Numbered from the stretch's first letter, positions 13,538-26,154 are shown. The stretch: 38,953 bases of DNA from Bigelowiella natans CCMP2755 (GCA_000320545.1 ADNK01000767.1:1-38953); one strand, 5' to 3'. The notes: a model not told the origin generated them from the sequence alone. Numbers and translations are program-made.

Positions 13538-15132
13538 ACGACTACTGCCTGCCTAACCCCGACTTCTGCTTCATTTTTTCCGGATTGAAAATCTACCTTC
13601 GGTGTTTGTCTTTATTGTTTTGATGGGGTTGTACCTAAAGAATTAATTAAAGTGCGTGTGCGTGCCGGTGAGCGTGCGGATGTGTCATGAAGATCGATTC
13701 CATGTTACTGCAAATAATAAGCATCCGATATGTTCGATATCATTACATGTAGTGAGGAGGTGACGCGGGAGATGCCAGATGGTATATCCGGTCAACCTAT
13801 GAGTGAAGAAGAGAACAGGAGACACGACAGCAACTGTACGCAAGGATGTTGTGGCAGCGAGGCCGATGAACATGTAACTTTACACGTGTTTTCTCTCCCC
13901 CCCTCCCCCCCCCCCCCCTCTCTCTCTGTGCGCGCGCGCATGTGTGTGTAATATGTTGTGGAAATCTTACCTCCATGAAGAGTGGTTGGCACACATCGTG
14001 ATGTCTCAACTCGAAGTTGGGATGTCCTGAAATTAATCGAACATGTGAGAAATGAGCTCCAAGAAAACTCAGAGAAAATAACATTCCGAATCAACTTCAA
14101 TCAACCAAAACATTGTGCTGTGTTTGTCACCGATCCAGTGTCGCACGTTTTCCTTTCGGCCTGAAGGTAGCGGACAACGAAGTCACGACGATGCGTACAA
14201 ATACCACTACGGTTCGACTGAACAGTCGTGATTGGCCAGTCATCAAATAATAACGTGTTAGTGAGCGAGTGAGTGGTTATTAAGCCATTCAGTGAGTCGG
14301 TTGCGTACCGGTGAAGAAGTTGTCAACCACGACGACCTCGTGCCCTTCGGAGAGATAGTCATAACAATGGCGATAGCATGTCAGTACAAAGTAGTAAACC
14401 GGACGAAGAGAAGAGCTAAGGTTCAAGGTGGGAAAAAAGGAAATGCGGTCATTTAGTGATGGCCCTCTACCAACCTTGCCACATAAGCAAATCCACGAGA
14501 TTCGACCCCACAAAACCGGCTCCACCCGTCACAAGGATGCGCATCCTGAGAGTCGGTCATCATCCTCAGAGGAGAAGGATTAAACAATAACAGGAGAGTC
14601 TATTAAGTTGAGTGGACACCGTTGATACGTGGGAAGTTTCTTGACCGGAGGGAATGATTTCACTTGCATGCTCTCCATGTACTGAAAAACGCGTCCAAAA
14701 TAGGTCTCATGAGCGTTATATCTTGACAGCATCGAACGGCCATTCCGTTTATAACCGACAGATAACCTTATTGTTGAGATCTTCTACAGCCTCAGTCACA
14801 CGTGTTTGGTAATCAATTATTCCCTGCTCCGTGGTTATCAGTGTATGATGGATAAGATATGTTCAGAGGAGCCGAAAACGTTGCCTACCGCTGAGGGAAA
14901 TGAAATTGGTGTCGCAGAGGCCTCTTTATAGGCGCTCGCAGTGGAAGACCCAACAGTAGTAGCGTATCCAAACGAGTGGATGAGTTCAATAAACAAGCCT
15001 CCGCATAGAAATGCGAGTGTGTATCGGAACGCCTACATGAAAATACATCATAAGGACGAACATCCTTTACTTGTCTAGCTCAGGTCCCACTACCTTGGAA
15101 GCAAGCAATTTCTTCATGAGTTGGTTCTCCAT
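10719..15132 (-). CDS. UXS1: UDP-glucuronic acid decarboxylase / UDP-xylose synthase, N-terminally membrane-anchored type, ~22 exons
   Basis: Spliced translation gives [88 protein letters not shown] (YxxxK), [42 protein letters not shown] and [19 protein letters not shown]. Hydrophobic segment [15 protein letters not shown] near the N-terminus. Confidence 0.97.
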
Positions 15133-15277
15133 GTTTTTTTCCAGTTAAGATTGAGCGTTTAAATTTGGCCTATCGTTTTCATCCTAATATGACATAACGT
15201 AGCTCTTGAGGTTCAGTTCAGTCCGCCAGTCCGATCAGCCAGCTCCACTTTTTGGCCACTTCGCCCGTTAAATTATT

Positions 15278-15315
15278 AAAATTCCCTATGGTTTGAGTAT
15301 GCGACAGGGAATTTT
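15278..15315. promoter_or_regulatory. 10-bp perfect inverted repeat (AAAATTCCCT ... AGGGAATTTT, 18-nt spacer) between the tRNA terminator and the UXS1 start
   Basis: Read directly at 15278-15287 and 15306-15315; function not established. Confidence 0.3.
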
Positions 15316-15330
15316 CGCACGATCAAAAAC

Positions 15331-15338
15331 AAAAAAAA
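15331..15338 (-). terminator. RNA polymerase III oligo-T terminator of tRNA-Ser
   Basis: A8 run on the + strand (T8 on -) 2 nt downstream of the tRNA discriminator base. Confidence 0.85.
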
Positions 15339-15340
15339 CG

Positions 15341-15422
15341 CGACGCCTACAGGGTTCGAACCTGTGCGGGCAAAGCCCAAATGATTTCAAGTCATTCTCC
15401 TTAACCACTCGGACAAGGCGTC
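15341..15422 (-). tRNA. tRNA-Ser(TGA): tRNA-Ser, anticodon UGA, intronless, long variable arm
   Basis: Reverse complement folds as GACGCCT acceptor stem / D-loop AGTGGTTA / AATGA-CTTGAAA-TCATT anticodon arm / GGGCTTTGCCC variable arm / ACAGG-TTCGAAC-CCTGT T arm / AGGCGTC plus discriminator G. Confidence 0.97.
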
Positions 15423-15794
15423 AGAAAGACAATTACAGTCAGACTGAAAATAAATATAGCCATATGCCATAGATCTAATATTTCCTCTTGCCGCTTCGCT
15501 ACCATCTGATGTATTTAAGAAGAGTTTTGTTTATTTTTTCGGGGGACGGACAGCGTCTGGTCACACAGAGCATCGTGTTGGTATTTTCATTTTGCTTTCC
15601 GTGATGACACTTCTTTTGATGGGAAGCAGGTTGGTACTCTGCGAGCACTGTCATCATCCGGAAGCTGTTCCCATTTTTTAGCATCGCATTTCTGTCACGC
15701 GACGGCCCTTGCTTCATGGTTTGAACCAATTCTCGGAACGACTTTTCATTCCTCACACTTACACTTCGACTAACAAGTCAACCAGGGCGGAAGC

Positions 15795-16854
15795 ATGTTC
15801 AACCCAACTGTCACAGGTATCCCAATGCTGGCGCTCCTAGGCGCCCTTACCCTCTCTCCTACTATGGGAGTTACGCATAGGTCTTCTCACACGTCACTGG
15901 CCACTTTTGCACCAAAAAATTACGAAAGGATGCCGCTACCTGATGAGGGAAACTGCAGCCAAGTTGAAACTACGATCGATGGCATTCATACTAAGGGAAC
16001 TCAGAATCCTATAAAACTCTGCCTCACACAACCTCCTGGAACGGACGGTTTTGGAGCACATTACACCCTTTACATGACCGCAATTGCATTTGCCGCTGCA
16101 CGTAACGTGGCTTACTGCCATACTCGGAACGAATGTGTGGGACATCATCAGGATGCTGATCTTTCGGAGATCTTGATCGGCTTAGATGCTGGTGACTGCA
16201 CAAAATGCAACCGAGCAAAGCATGGCTACTTCCACTCGATGAACAAAGATGCAGATTTGTACTACACCCCGTGCGTGAGAAACTTCCTTCGTAAGAGATA
16301 CCAACGAGGCGCAAAGCAGCTCAAGCTTTCGACCACATTCATGGAAGAGCCTGCTAATACTACTGTGATTGCTGTCCACATTCGCAGAGGTGATGTCAGT
16401 GTAAATCACGACAAAGGCCAAAGATATGTAAAATTGGAAGCATTTGAGAGAGGAATGCAGATGATTCGCAGTAGACTTCTTCAAGATAAAAATCGACACG
16501 TGTTCCATATTTTCTCTGAGGGCGAGCCTGATGACTTTGAACTTCTCGCTAAACACGATGATGTCAAGTTGCAGCTTTTGGGAGATGATGGTATGTTTCA
16601 AACCTTTCACAGTTTAGCAAATGCAGAATATTTAATTACCTCTCCCAGTTCATTTTCCTACGCCGCAGGGATTCTATCGACTGGCAAGGTAGACTTTGTT
16701 TCATTTCCACTAACTCGACCAGTAATAAGTAGACAAAGACGTTGCTCTTATATCAATAAAATGAAAAAATGTGAAACAATCGTATTGGCAGGTTTTCTAT
16801 CCCAAGGAATGGAGTTTCTATAAGAGTCCTCTACCCAGTTGGACTGAATTCTAA
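15795..16854 (+). CDS. GT11-like (alpha-1,2-fucosyltransferase-like) glycosyltransferase with N-terminal signal/anchor; 2 exons (15795-16688, 16792-16854)
   Basis: Motifs DGFGAHY, AVHIRRGD (GDP-sugar-binding HxRRxD), FHIFSE and LITSPSSFSYAAGILS. A phase-0 GT-AG intron at 16689-16791 gives a family-like end KVFYPKEWSFYKSPLPSWTEF instead of the ORF-track tail. Confidence 0.8.
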
Positions 16855-16979
16855 GCGTTGAAATAAAAACGGCACGATTGACTTCAATGTATTAGTCGAA
16901 TTTGACTAACCCAAGAATGTAAAGATCGTTACCGCTGGGGAAGGCGTGATTTAGATTCCCTGTATTCATTTTTTATATA

Positions 16980-17750
16980 TGCATTTTAATTTTGCAGTCG
17001 TATACATAGTCTAGTAGTGTCAAAATCTGGAGATTGAAATATGTATAAATTACTGTTACGAGGCTAATCCGATGCACCAACGCAAGAAAATTTGTCATTT
17101 CTAGATTTAACATCGCACATATCGCACTTAAGGTGACTATGTGGCTATCTATAGATGTGGCTATGTACATGCTCAACTTTATTGAGTTGTACGTATCTAG
17201 CGTATGCATGTAAGTCTCATGCTCTTATTTGGCGTCATGCATGCGTATCGTATGTCTAGATGTGTGTACATGCTAGCATGTCTAGATATGGCGCATAGAG
17301 CTCACATGCAACAATGCTAGAATGTGGAATGCAATGCTCGTATCAGCGAGCTAATTTTCATCAGCTATATAGTAGCAGTCATCATAGACACCATATAGAC
17401 GTAGCTGTCTAGTAGTGAAACGTACGTGTCGTTCATGCTTTTAGCTCATGCAAAAGGAGACTAAAAGACTATGTTCATCTGTTTTATTGCCTGCATGTCA
17501 GCTTACATGGCCTATGTCAAATGATGTGCATTTATTGAGGGGAGGAAGGCGTGTTTTTTCCGTTCAGAAGCGTTGTAGTGTACGTAAATGTTGACATGTG
17601 CGCGAGAGCATCAGAAGCTTTCGCTACTGCGCGGTAGACTTTTTGACATTCATAGCGCTTAGCCAGGATGTAACGAACCCACAACGAATCACGCACACCA
17701 TGTAGTATAAAATTTACATCGGATTTTTCGCATGTGCGTTACAACGTATT
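16980..17750. other. Convergent-junction tract 2
   Basis: Same vocabulary as tract 1; ATGTCTAGATGT at 17252-17263, palindrome ACATGCTAGCATGT at 17268-17281; between the stops of the GT11-like (+) and Tic62-like (-) genes. Confidence 0.8.
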
Positions 17751-17764
17751 CCGACAATTTATTA

Positions 17765-19942
17765 TTAACCCTGGATCCCTGGTACCTTGATCACAGCTTG
17801 CAGTGCATCTGCCATTGTACGATTGGGGGCGAACTCGGGAGTCTGGGCGATCACCTGGGTTTGAAAGAATCATCAATAAATTTAAGTTACCACTGAAACA
17901 AACTCTGCAACGTCAGCACATACCTCGAAGATGGAGTTTTTCGCAGCATCATTGTCAATCTGCGATGCAGGATCACATCATTCAACAAAATGACCATAAG
18001 AACACTCCCAATCGAAAGTAACAGTGTACATACAGCAGCGGCCACGAACTCCGCAACTTGTCTCCTTGAGACGACTCCGCCTAATTAATTTTTAGCGGGG
18101 ATACAATTGACTTTTTGCAACTTCCTTTGATTTACGAGTAGAATGATAGATATGATGTATATTCTCCTTGCTTACCAGATAACGAATCGCGAGAGTAGCA
18201 CTCTAGGTTATGAGTATACTTGAAGTCGTCTTGTGGACGTTCCATGCCACCCGGTCTACATGGTTGTAAACGACGGAGATGTAAGAACTTCAACCACTCC
18301 TGAGAATGGGGGAAATAATCTACTACAATCTTGATACCTAATTATCGTGTAGTCTAGGCCGCTTGCTTCTAGTGCTTTTTCAGCCTGTAAAAAGAAAATG
18401 CGAGAAAAGAAAATCTACAGTCAAGTCGTTGAGTAATGATTAGCATCAGCACCAATACTAGCCCCGCAACGACCTTCTGCTTCTGAAATAAGACTCCCCA
18501 GAATAAGTTGAGAAGCCCTGCAGGAAATGTGAACATCTTGCTGCCCGTTCCAAGCGCAGAGATCATTGTGAACTTCTTCACCCTACAAAGAAGACATGGG
18601 AAGACACACAAATGGATGATGGGTATTATCAAGGAACATATTAAGCCTGCAGATATAGAACGGTATATTGACGGTTTCCTTTACCCTGCTCCCTTGGCAG
18701 CATCAACAATTTTGATGGCCCCATCGCCGTCAATCCGTGCGGGGCCCGAATTGTCAAGCAAATCTGAAGAAAATGTGGTGGGTTAGCTATTCAATACTTG
18801 TGTTTAGCAGGAAAGACGAGAACAATGATCAGCATCAAACAACACTGGTACGTACTAGATTCTGCAGCCCCAACTGCAGAAATAACCGCGGCACATCCAC
18901 TGTTAATGTATGAATAAGAAAACGCAAACAAATACCAACATCCGTTAGTCTAAATTCTGATGCTCGTCTTCTTCATGTTGTTATTGTTGTTGTTATTTGC
19001 TTGTTAGAACTACTAACGCAATTCGGCCCTGCAATGTCTGGACAGAATCAGTCTCGATATCAAATTGAACAGTCTGAGGGGTTAAGCGGGTGTGAGAGAT
19101 CAACTGCCCCCGTGTGAAAAAGAAAGCAAGAACTACATCCCTTGACACATCAGCTTGAACCTACAAACTAAATATTTTTTCCAAGCCTCTAAAATACCTT
19201 GAGGTTTTGCGTAACTTCCCTCTTTACTTTCCCCTCGGAGGTCATTTCTTGCAGAATTGATTGCATTTTGGAAGGATTGCGAGCCCCGGCCACGACTTTG
19301 TAGCCAGAATTCAACAACTCTGCCACAATTCGAGATCCTACGTATTTTAAAAATTATTTCCATGAAGAAGATGAGCCCCTGATGTAGATTACATAATTCT
19401 GTAATTCGAAATAAATTTTAGTATATGTCACCTAGGCGTCCAGTGGCACCGGCGACAAATATTTGGCTTCCCTTTTCAATTCCCTCAGAAGAAGCAGAGC
19501 CTGGAAATTTAAATAGTTATACACATATGCTGGTAGCTTGAAAAAAGCATTTGTTGTAATACTTTTCACTGCCAGATGGTGCCTTCCTCTGCGTGTAAGC
19601 GACAGCGTGTTTTTTGCGTTTCTGAAAACACGTTGGATTCATTCACACACTTGAATAGAGCATTCTTACAAAAAACAAATGCTACCTTCGCATTAGCCGT
19701 GTGCCAATGTTAGAACGCTGAGTTGTGATTCTCGAAGACGATACTGAGCGAGCGAGTTGTACAGGCCGACCTGATACCACCAAGTCGATAACAAGCTAGG
19801 TTTAGCACCGTACACCATATTCCCCCTTACGTCTTATCTAGTTCTGTTGTATATCCTTCTAAAAACTCACAAAACTACTTGTGTAATGCCAGACTGCGAA
19901 GATGGAAACCGCCAGCAGAAGCCAGTGTAAATTCCGCCTCAT
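17765..19942 (-). CDS. TIC62: Tic62-family NAD(P)-binding Rossmann protein (short form) with bipartite plastid-targeting presequence; multi-exon
   Basis: IFVAGATGRLGSRIVAELLNSGYKVVAGARN, ISALGTGSKMFTFPAGLLNLFWGVLFQKQK, RPGGMERPQDDFKYTHNL and GGVVSRRQVAEFVA match my recollection of plant Tic62 N-domain motifs. N-terminus MRRNLHWLLLAVSIFAVWHYTS followed by RPVQLARSVSSSRITTQRSNIGTRLMRRNAKNTLSLTRRGRHHLAVKS. Confidence 0.85.
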
Positions 19943-20668
19943 CCTGGAAAATATGTGGGTAGGATACTGCTTTGTCATTTCTAGTTTAATGGTACGGAAC
20001 AGCGGCTTGGCATCTGTGCTCGATGAGATTTGAAAATATGGACGGAAATTAATGGTGTATTGTGTCACGGAGTGGAATTCAAGGCAGGGTTATATGGACA
20101 AGGATGGGAAGGAGGGGGTACGTAGACCACCCGTCGGTCATCATCGCAAAGAGTAGATCTAGTATCCCTCCTAGTTTCTCCCAGACATTGCCAACATATG
20201 CCTATTTATTCGAGAGACAAGGAATTGAACATTGAAATGTTTAAAAAATCGCTGTTTTGTTTCCTCTCTCTCTGGGTAGATCTGGGGCAGCTAGGCCGAG
20301 GATGGAAGATTATCTATCGGTGAAAAATCTTACCAAAGTTTCGACTAACCGACCCGCCGCCACATTTTGCGACCCAAAGCAATGTAATCTTGCCGAAGAG
20401 ACGCCAAAATTTAATACCGAGACTACCTAACGAATTCTCATTTGCTCTCCGCACAAAGTGCCACGGCAGTTGACATGGTAAGGGCGACGAACTTAGTTGA
20501 CGCAGTCCACGCACCCATCCCGTTTTGGATTGTTGCTTGTTGGCTTAATATCGGGAAAACGGTGTGGATTCAAGTCTACGACATGCGAATTTCCTTCGAT
20601 TAATTCAACGCATCACAGCTCATTCCCCCCAGGCTGTTCCTTCCCCGAGTTTGCCGTCCTTCTGAAAG

Positions 20669-21654
20669 ATGGGTCGCAGGCACGCACTGAACAACACCGC
20701 TCGTTCGTTCTTCACATCATGGGAAAAGAAAGAAGCTGGGTACGGAACAAAGACCCAGAGGGTTGGTACCGAGTACAAGCTCCCATTTGGCCATTGCCGT
20801 TTGGGCCTGCAGATTGCGGTACTACTACGGAGGAGAACTAATAATTTTTCAGCCTGGGAGCTACATGTTTTTTACACATTTCAAAGTATCTTCATCAATC
20901 TTCTATCTTTTTTTAGGTTGATCCTGTAGTGACTCCTTCGGGAAACATATACAGTAAAGAAGCCATATATCAATACCTGCTTGACCATCAAAAGGAACTT
21001 GATAGGGCGCGCAAGCAATGGGAGAAGGAGCAGGCAGAGGCTACAAAGGAAGAGGAGGCAAAGCAAGAAGCAGAGGAGCAACGAAAACTTATTGAGTTTG
21101 TTAAAGACTCCGAAAGGGTTTCCAGAAAGCGAAAACATGAGGACGACACCAGGAAAAAAATGAAAGAATTCCTATATCAACCGCATAAGGCGGGAGATAT
21201 TGTTGCTGACCCAAGATCAAAGGCCCAAAAGCTAGGTGAATTAAAACGGACAAGTTTCTGGCTTCCGCGGTTTGGCCCTGATGGTCAGAAAACAAAAACA
21301 CCCAAGCCTCCAAAGAGGCCGCAGAGCCCATTCTCAAGGAAACCCTTGAGATTAAAAGATCTTACCCCTATAAAATTACCGAAGCTTCCAGCTGAAAAAG
21401 GTCAACCAACGAAATTCTGCTGCGCAGTGTCACAGAAACAGATTACATACCAGGATACGGTGTTCTTGAAGAATACAGGAATCGTAATGCTGGCAAAGTG
21501 CTTCAAAGAGCTCGCGGAGCCCACGATGACATGTCCAGTAACGGGAAAGAAATTCAAAAAGAAGCATGTTATCGTGATCAAATCAGATGGTACTGGATTT
21601 GCTGCAACTGGAAACGTGATTGCAAAGAAATGGGACGAGGCACTCATGAACTAA
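20669..21654 (+). CDS. NOSIP: Nitric oxide synthase-interacting protein (U-box/RING-like, spliceosome-associated); 2 exons (20669-20818, 20917-21654)
   Basis: MGRRHALNNTARSFFTSWEKKEAGYGTKTQRVG..LPFGHCRLGLQIA|VDPVVTPSGNIYSKEAIYQYLL, TSFWLP, SRKPLRLKDL, CPVTGK, GTGFAA. Phase-0 GT-AG intron at 20819-20916 joins two ORFs of the track. Confidence 0.95.
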
Positions 21655-21714
21655 AACTAATCATTGGGCAGTACGTTGGAATCGAATTCTTAGATATTTA
21701 TTTCTTTATGATAT

Positions 21715-22290
21715 ATCCATGCATGTATAATTTTATATAATGCAATAGCCTTAACATTGGCAAGCGTGCCTCCGCTTAGTTACGTTACGTACGTGGTATC
21801 TTGCGGGCGGAATTGTACTTTATCTATTCTGTTAAATGTATTATGCGTGTCTGCATTGATCGAAAGCATATGCATGTATGCCACATCGTGATGCGTATAT
21901 ATTGGGCTAACTGTTCAAAGCTGTACCGGTTCCACCACATGCATAATGCTAAACTACGTTAGGATAAATATTGAAAAAATCTAATCATTTCATGACACGT
22001 ACCCGTCTCACAATCTACAGCAATGCTACGCTAGCATGCACAAGCACTAGCTAGCTAGATCACCTAAGCTTTCTACAAGAGAAACTAAGCGCAAGCAAGT
22101 CATGATCTCTTCAATCACAAGCAACTACATGGAAGAAAACTGCACGCCACTCTAGCACTTGATGATGATTTGTTATTTGCTTATGTACTTATGTAATATT
22201 CATATAAATTGCTCGCCAGTGGTAATAAAGCCGGTAGTATGGTATTGTGCGCATACAAGTTTATTATCAGTAACACTGTACATTGAGTGC
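21715..22290. other. Convergent-junction tract 3
   Basis: TACGTTACGTACGT, GCATATGCATGTATGC, GCTAGCATGC and CTAGCTAGCTAG; between the stops of NOSIP (+) and the DUF4239-like gene (-). Confidence 0.7.
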
Positions 22291-22495
22291 ACCCACCAGA
22301 AAAGAAGATTGTGTTTTTTTCTCTTCACTACTTTACTTTATTTGTGGACTGTGGTTTTTCCTGGAGTCTAGGTATCTATTCATGAGATGAAAAAAGAGGC
22401 CAGCACAGCATCATGATCCTCTGTCACCTTTCCAATGTTCTCGTTTGAAGATAATTCTTCCTTTGGTGACGACCATGTGTTTAAGCTCAATTTTT

Positions 22496-23234
22496 TCAGC
22501 TGGATGGGCCAAAAAGCTTAGATAGAAATTTCCGTGCCCTACTGATTTTGCTAGGCTGCTGCTGAGTTTTCGTACGCGTCGTAGCTGGATTCTCTCTAGG
22601 TGACATGGGTGGTGGGGGAAGCTGGCGGTAGAACTTCAGCTCGGGCTCTGTCACTGAAGACAGTGCTGTATCTCTGGCTGAAGGATTCACAGTTTGTCCG
22701 TCTCTTTGAGACTGAGGTAGAGAATATGACGGCATAGGGAGAGAGGGAGATGGGTTGGAGCTTCGCCGTAGTAACGGTGATTGTGTCGATGAAGACAATG
22801 TTGACGATCTTCTCTCCTCATTCCTAGCAGCATATGATGTATCATCACCGAGATAACCACTAGGTGCTGAGGGAGGAGGGGCTCTGTAAATATGAAAGAA
22901 AAGAGAGCAAAGAAACCATCTTTCATGAGCACAGTACAGGTGTAGTCCCATAAATATATCCGTAACTCACTCTTTGGAACACACCCCTCATATTCTGCTT
23001 GGCGTAGTTGGATGGAAGTGAACGGATGGATGAAACTGACCTGGCCGATATTGATGCTTCTGGTGAGTTGAAACGAGCTGTCATCCTAGACTCAGAGGCG
23101 GTGGGTCTTCGCCGTGTACCATCACTACCACTGCTGCCGTCGTCATCGGGCATAGTTCTATCTCCAAAACTAGGGGGAGGGGACGGGAGCTGCGTCTCAC
23201 TCATACGTACTCCCTAACAGACACGCACAAAGAC

Positions 23235-23274
<40 letters not shown>

Positions 23275-23847
23275 AGAAACTGAAATAAGCAACTGAAGTA
23301 GGCAAAATGCATGGAAAGATGGAAAAAAAAAAACCAAGCCGGATTTTAGCTTGTTTGCATCATTAGAAGATATGTCACTTCTCCCTCTTCATCATTTTCC
23401 TCCTCCTTCTCCTCCTCCTTCTTCTTCTTCTAACTCTCCTACCTGGAATCTCTGGTCCAATTCTTCCTCCAACCCCATCACCATCTGGCCGAGAACATTG
23501 TCTACCTGGTACACGCCTAGATAGATACAGCACCAGCAGCAGAGCAGCAGCAGCAACAACAACAGTTTCACAGCATATCGATGGCGGCATGGTACTAGAT
23601 AATACATCATCGTATATTACACAGCAACTACGTACACATTGGACCAATCCTCGCTCAACTTCCATGCTACTGCTGCTGCTGATAATGCTGCTGTTATGCT
23701 ACCTCCCATAGGACTCCATAGTTCATGGATCACCTGAGGAGCGCGAGTGCATTTGAGGGCAATCTTGAAGGGCAAGAAATAGGATGAAAGAAGTACAGAG
23801 TTTTCCTCTCTAAACATGACTCCAACCATCATCATAATTACCACCAC

Positions 23848-23880
<33 letters not shown>

Positions 23881-24973
23881 GTTTCCATATATCCGAGCCC
23901 TCGTCCGACCTGCAGTGTCAGCATGATTCCCCCGCACAAGAGGCCGAACAAGAACCCCTCCAAGGACAGAATGCTGAGAGTGAAGGGAGGGGGCACAAGT
24001 GGAGAGGGGCAGGATTGTTACTTGGGTACCGCATTGGAGTCCGAAAGTGCACGCACTTCAAAAAAGGAGGGAGGGGGAGGAGGAGGAAGAGGAGGGAGTC
24101 ATCACTACTATTACAATCCCTACTACTACTGTCACACATGCAGCATAAACATCATCGTCATCAGCTTCATCAACATCATCCCAGTGGCTAGCATGATGCA
24201 TGTATGACGACTTGGATCCTTGATGAGCTGCCGAGGTCCCAGCACCTGACGACCATGATGATGATGATGATGATGATGATGAGAGCGATCTCATGAGTTT
24301 TATACGGAACAACGAGCATCATCCGATCGGAATAGTGATGAATGATGAGAAGTGCATGGGTGAAGGGGAAAGGAGAAGGAAGAAGGGTAAAGATATAAAT
24401 TAATATGCACGTTAGATGCAGCTTTTACCGAGGAATGGAAATGCGATAAGCTCAATGAAAGACAGGACGTATCTATGGCCGACAACAAGTGACTCTGTCA
24501 TACTCAGAAGGAGGACTCAACGTGGATAACGATGATAATGATGATGATGATAGTGGTGGTGATGGTGATGATGAAGTTAAATAAGAGTAGAAAGGAGATA
24601 ACAGCGGCAAGATTATCAGGATATGAGCATTTGTATGACAGATTGTTATTTCAAAACTGTGGTAGTGAAGAGGAGGGTTATTCCTTCATACAGAAGAATG
24701 AACTGAAGCTTTGGCAATTTTCGTTGTGTTGCTCCTAGGCGTTGTGCGCGAGCCTATTCACATCATCCATCCATCCATCCATCATTGGAATGATAAACGT
24801 CTACACACCACCCTGCTGTGATGATAGCCTTTTCTATCGACGCCACCGCCTATGCATCATATCTCAGCTACTTATCATAATTCACTACTCCTCCATTGTC
24901 ACGACCACTACCTGCCGCAGCGACCTAACGGTTTCATAGACAATTGAAGGAACCTGCCGTGATGTGTGCGTGT

Positions 24974-25019
<46 letters not shown>

Positions 25020-25139
25020 GATGTCTTTGAAATTCTCAGAGGGAAGGGCGGTACTGTAGGAAGATGTTTAAATGGTTGCGCATTATTCTTTCTCGGTGAG
25101 TAAGCAATGTAAGGGGGGTAAAGGCAGGGAACGTATACT

Positions 25140-25184
<45 letters not shown>

Positions 25185-25921
25185 GAACATACTTACTACC
25201 CCCACAGAGGTCAGGTACAGTATCGATTCCAGGGGATCATCCTGCAGGTGGTCCACACACATTCGTTGGTCAATACACAAAGATGAGAGAGAAGAAGAAG
25301 ATACAGGGGGGCTCGGGTCGGGGGTGGGAATTGGGTGGTAATGATCATAGGTTCATCATCAAGTGCTGCTGCTGCTGCTACTTTTACCTGAGGCTTCGAC
25401 GATAGCAATACTGCAGGCGGATAGTCTATACGTCTGAGTCGTTGTCGTTGTTGTTGGTGAGGAGAACGAAAGGGAGGAGCGGAGGGGGGGGGGGAATGAA
25501 AGCAACATACACGCATATCAGTTCATCCAGCATTTCATAATAAAACACCATTTCTCTTCTCGATTTATGGAATAATAGAGACAAACCACGACGCTAGAAG
25601 ATAACAGAAATATACCTCAAATCATCCTTAACGTATTTTGCAATCTTCTCAAGAACCGTTCGATAGAAGGCTCTCCCCTTTTAGTTATCCAACAATAGAG
25701 TACAGATTCACAAGATTGTTTTTAAACAAAACTACAAGAAGACATCCCTCAAAAGGTTCTATTAGTAGAGGTGATGGAAAAGCAGAAACACGGGTGCAAA
25801 CATCTCAAATGTGCTGAGGAGGAGAACTGACTATCATTTCATTTCTGTGATTTCCATATATGTGGAAATGTGTATGTATGTATGTAAATATATATGTATT
25901 TTAATCAACCGGTCGCACCGG

Positions 25922-25959
<38 letters not shown>

Positions 25960-26122
25960 GTGTATGGTAATGTAAGGGCGCAGTAGCGAATTTTCCATCT
26001 TAGTCTGGAATACGAGTGGTAGATAATTGGTAAGTACCTGACACACGAAAGTGACCTGCTCTAGCAACGACTTAGCCTCCGAAACCTGGAAACAATGGGG
26101 AAGAAGAAAACACAACAAACGC

Positions 26123-26154
<32 letters not shown>

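Noticed and set aside
15341-15422. tRNA with 'TGA' as a possible opal suppressor or Sec tRNA
   Set aside because: TGA is the anticodon itself (reads UCA, Ser); the 7-bp acceptor stem and normal arms are those of a standard tRNA-Ser.
16689-16823. C-terminus of the 342-aa ORF (VDFVSFPLTRP...GMEFL)
   Set aside because: Likely intron read-through; splicing 16689-16791 gives a GT11-like ending.
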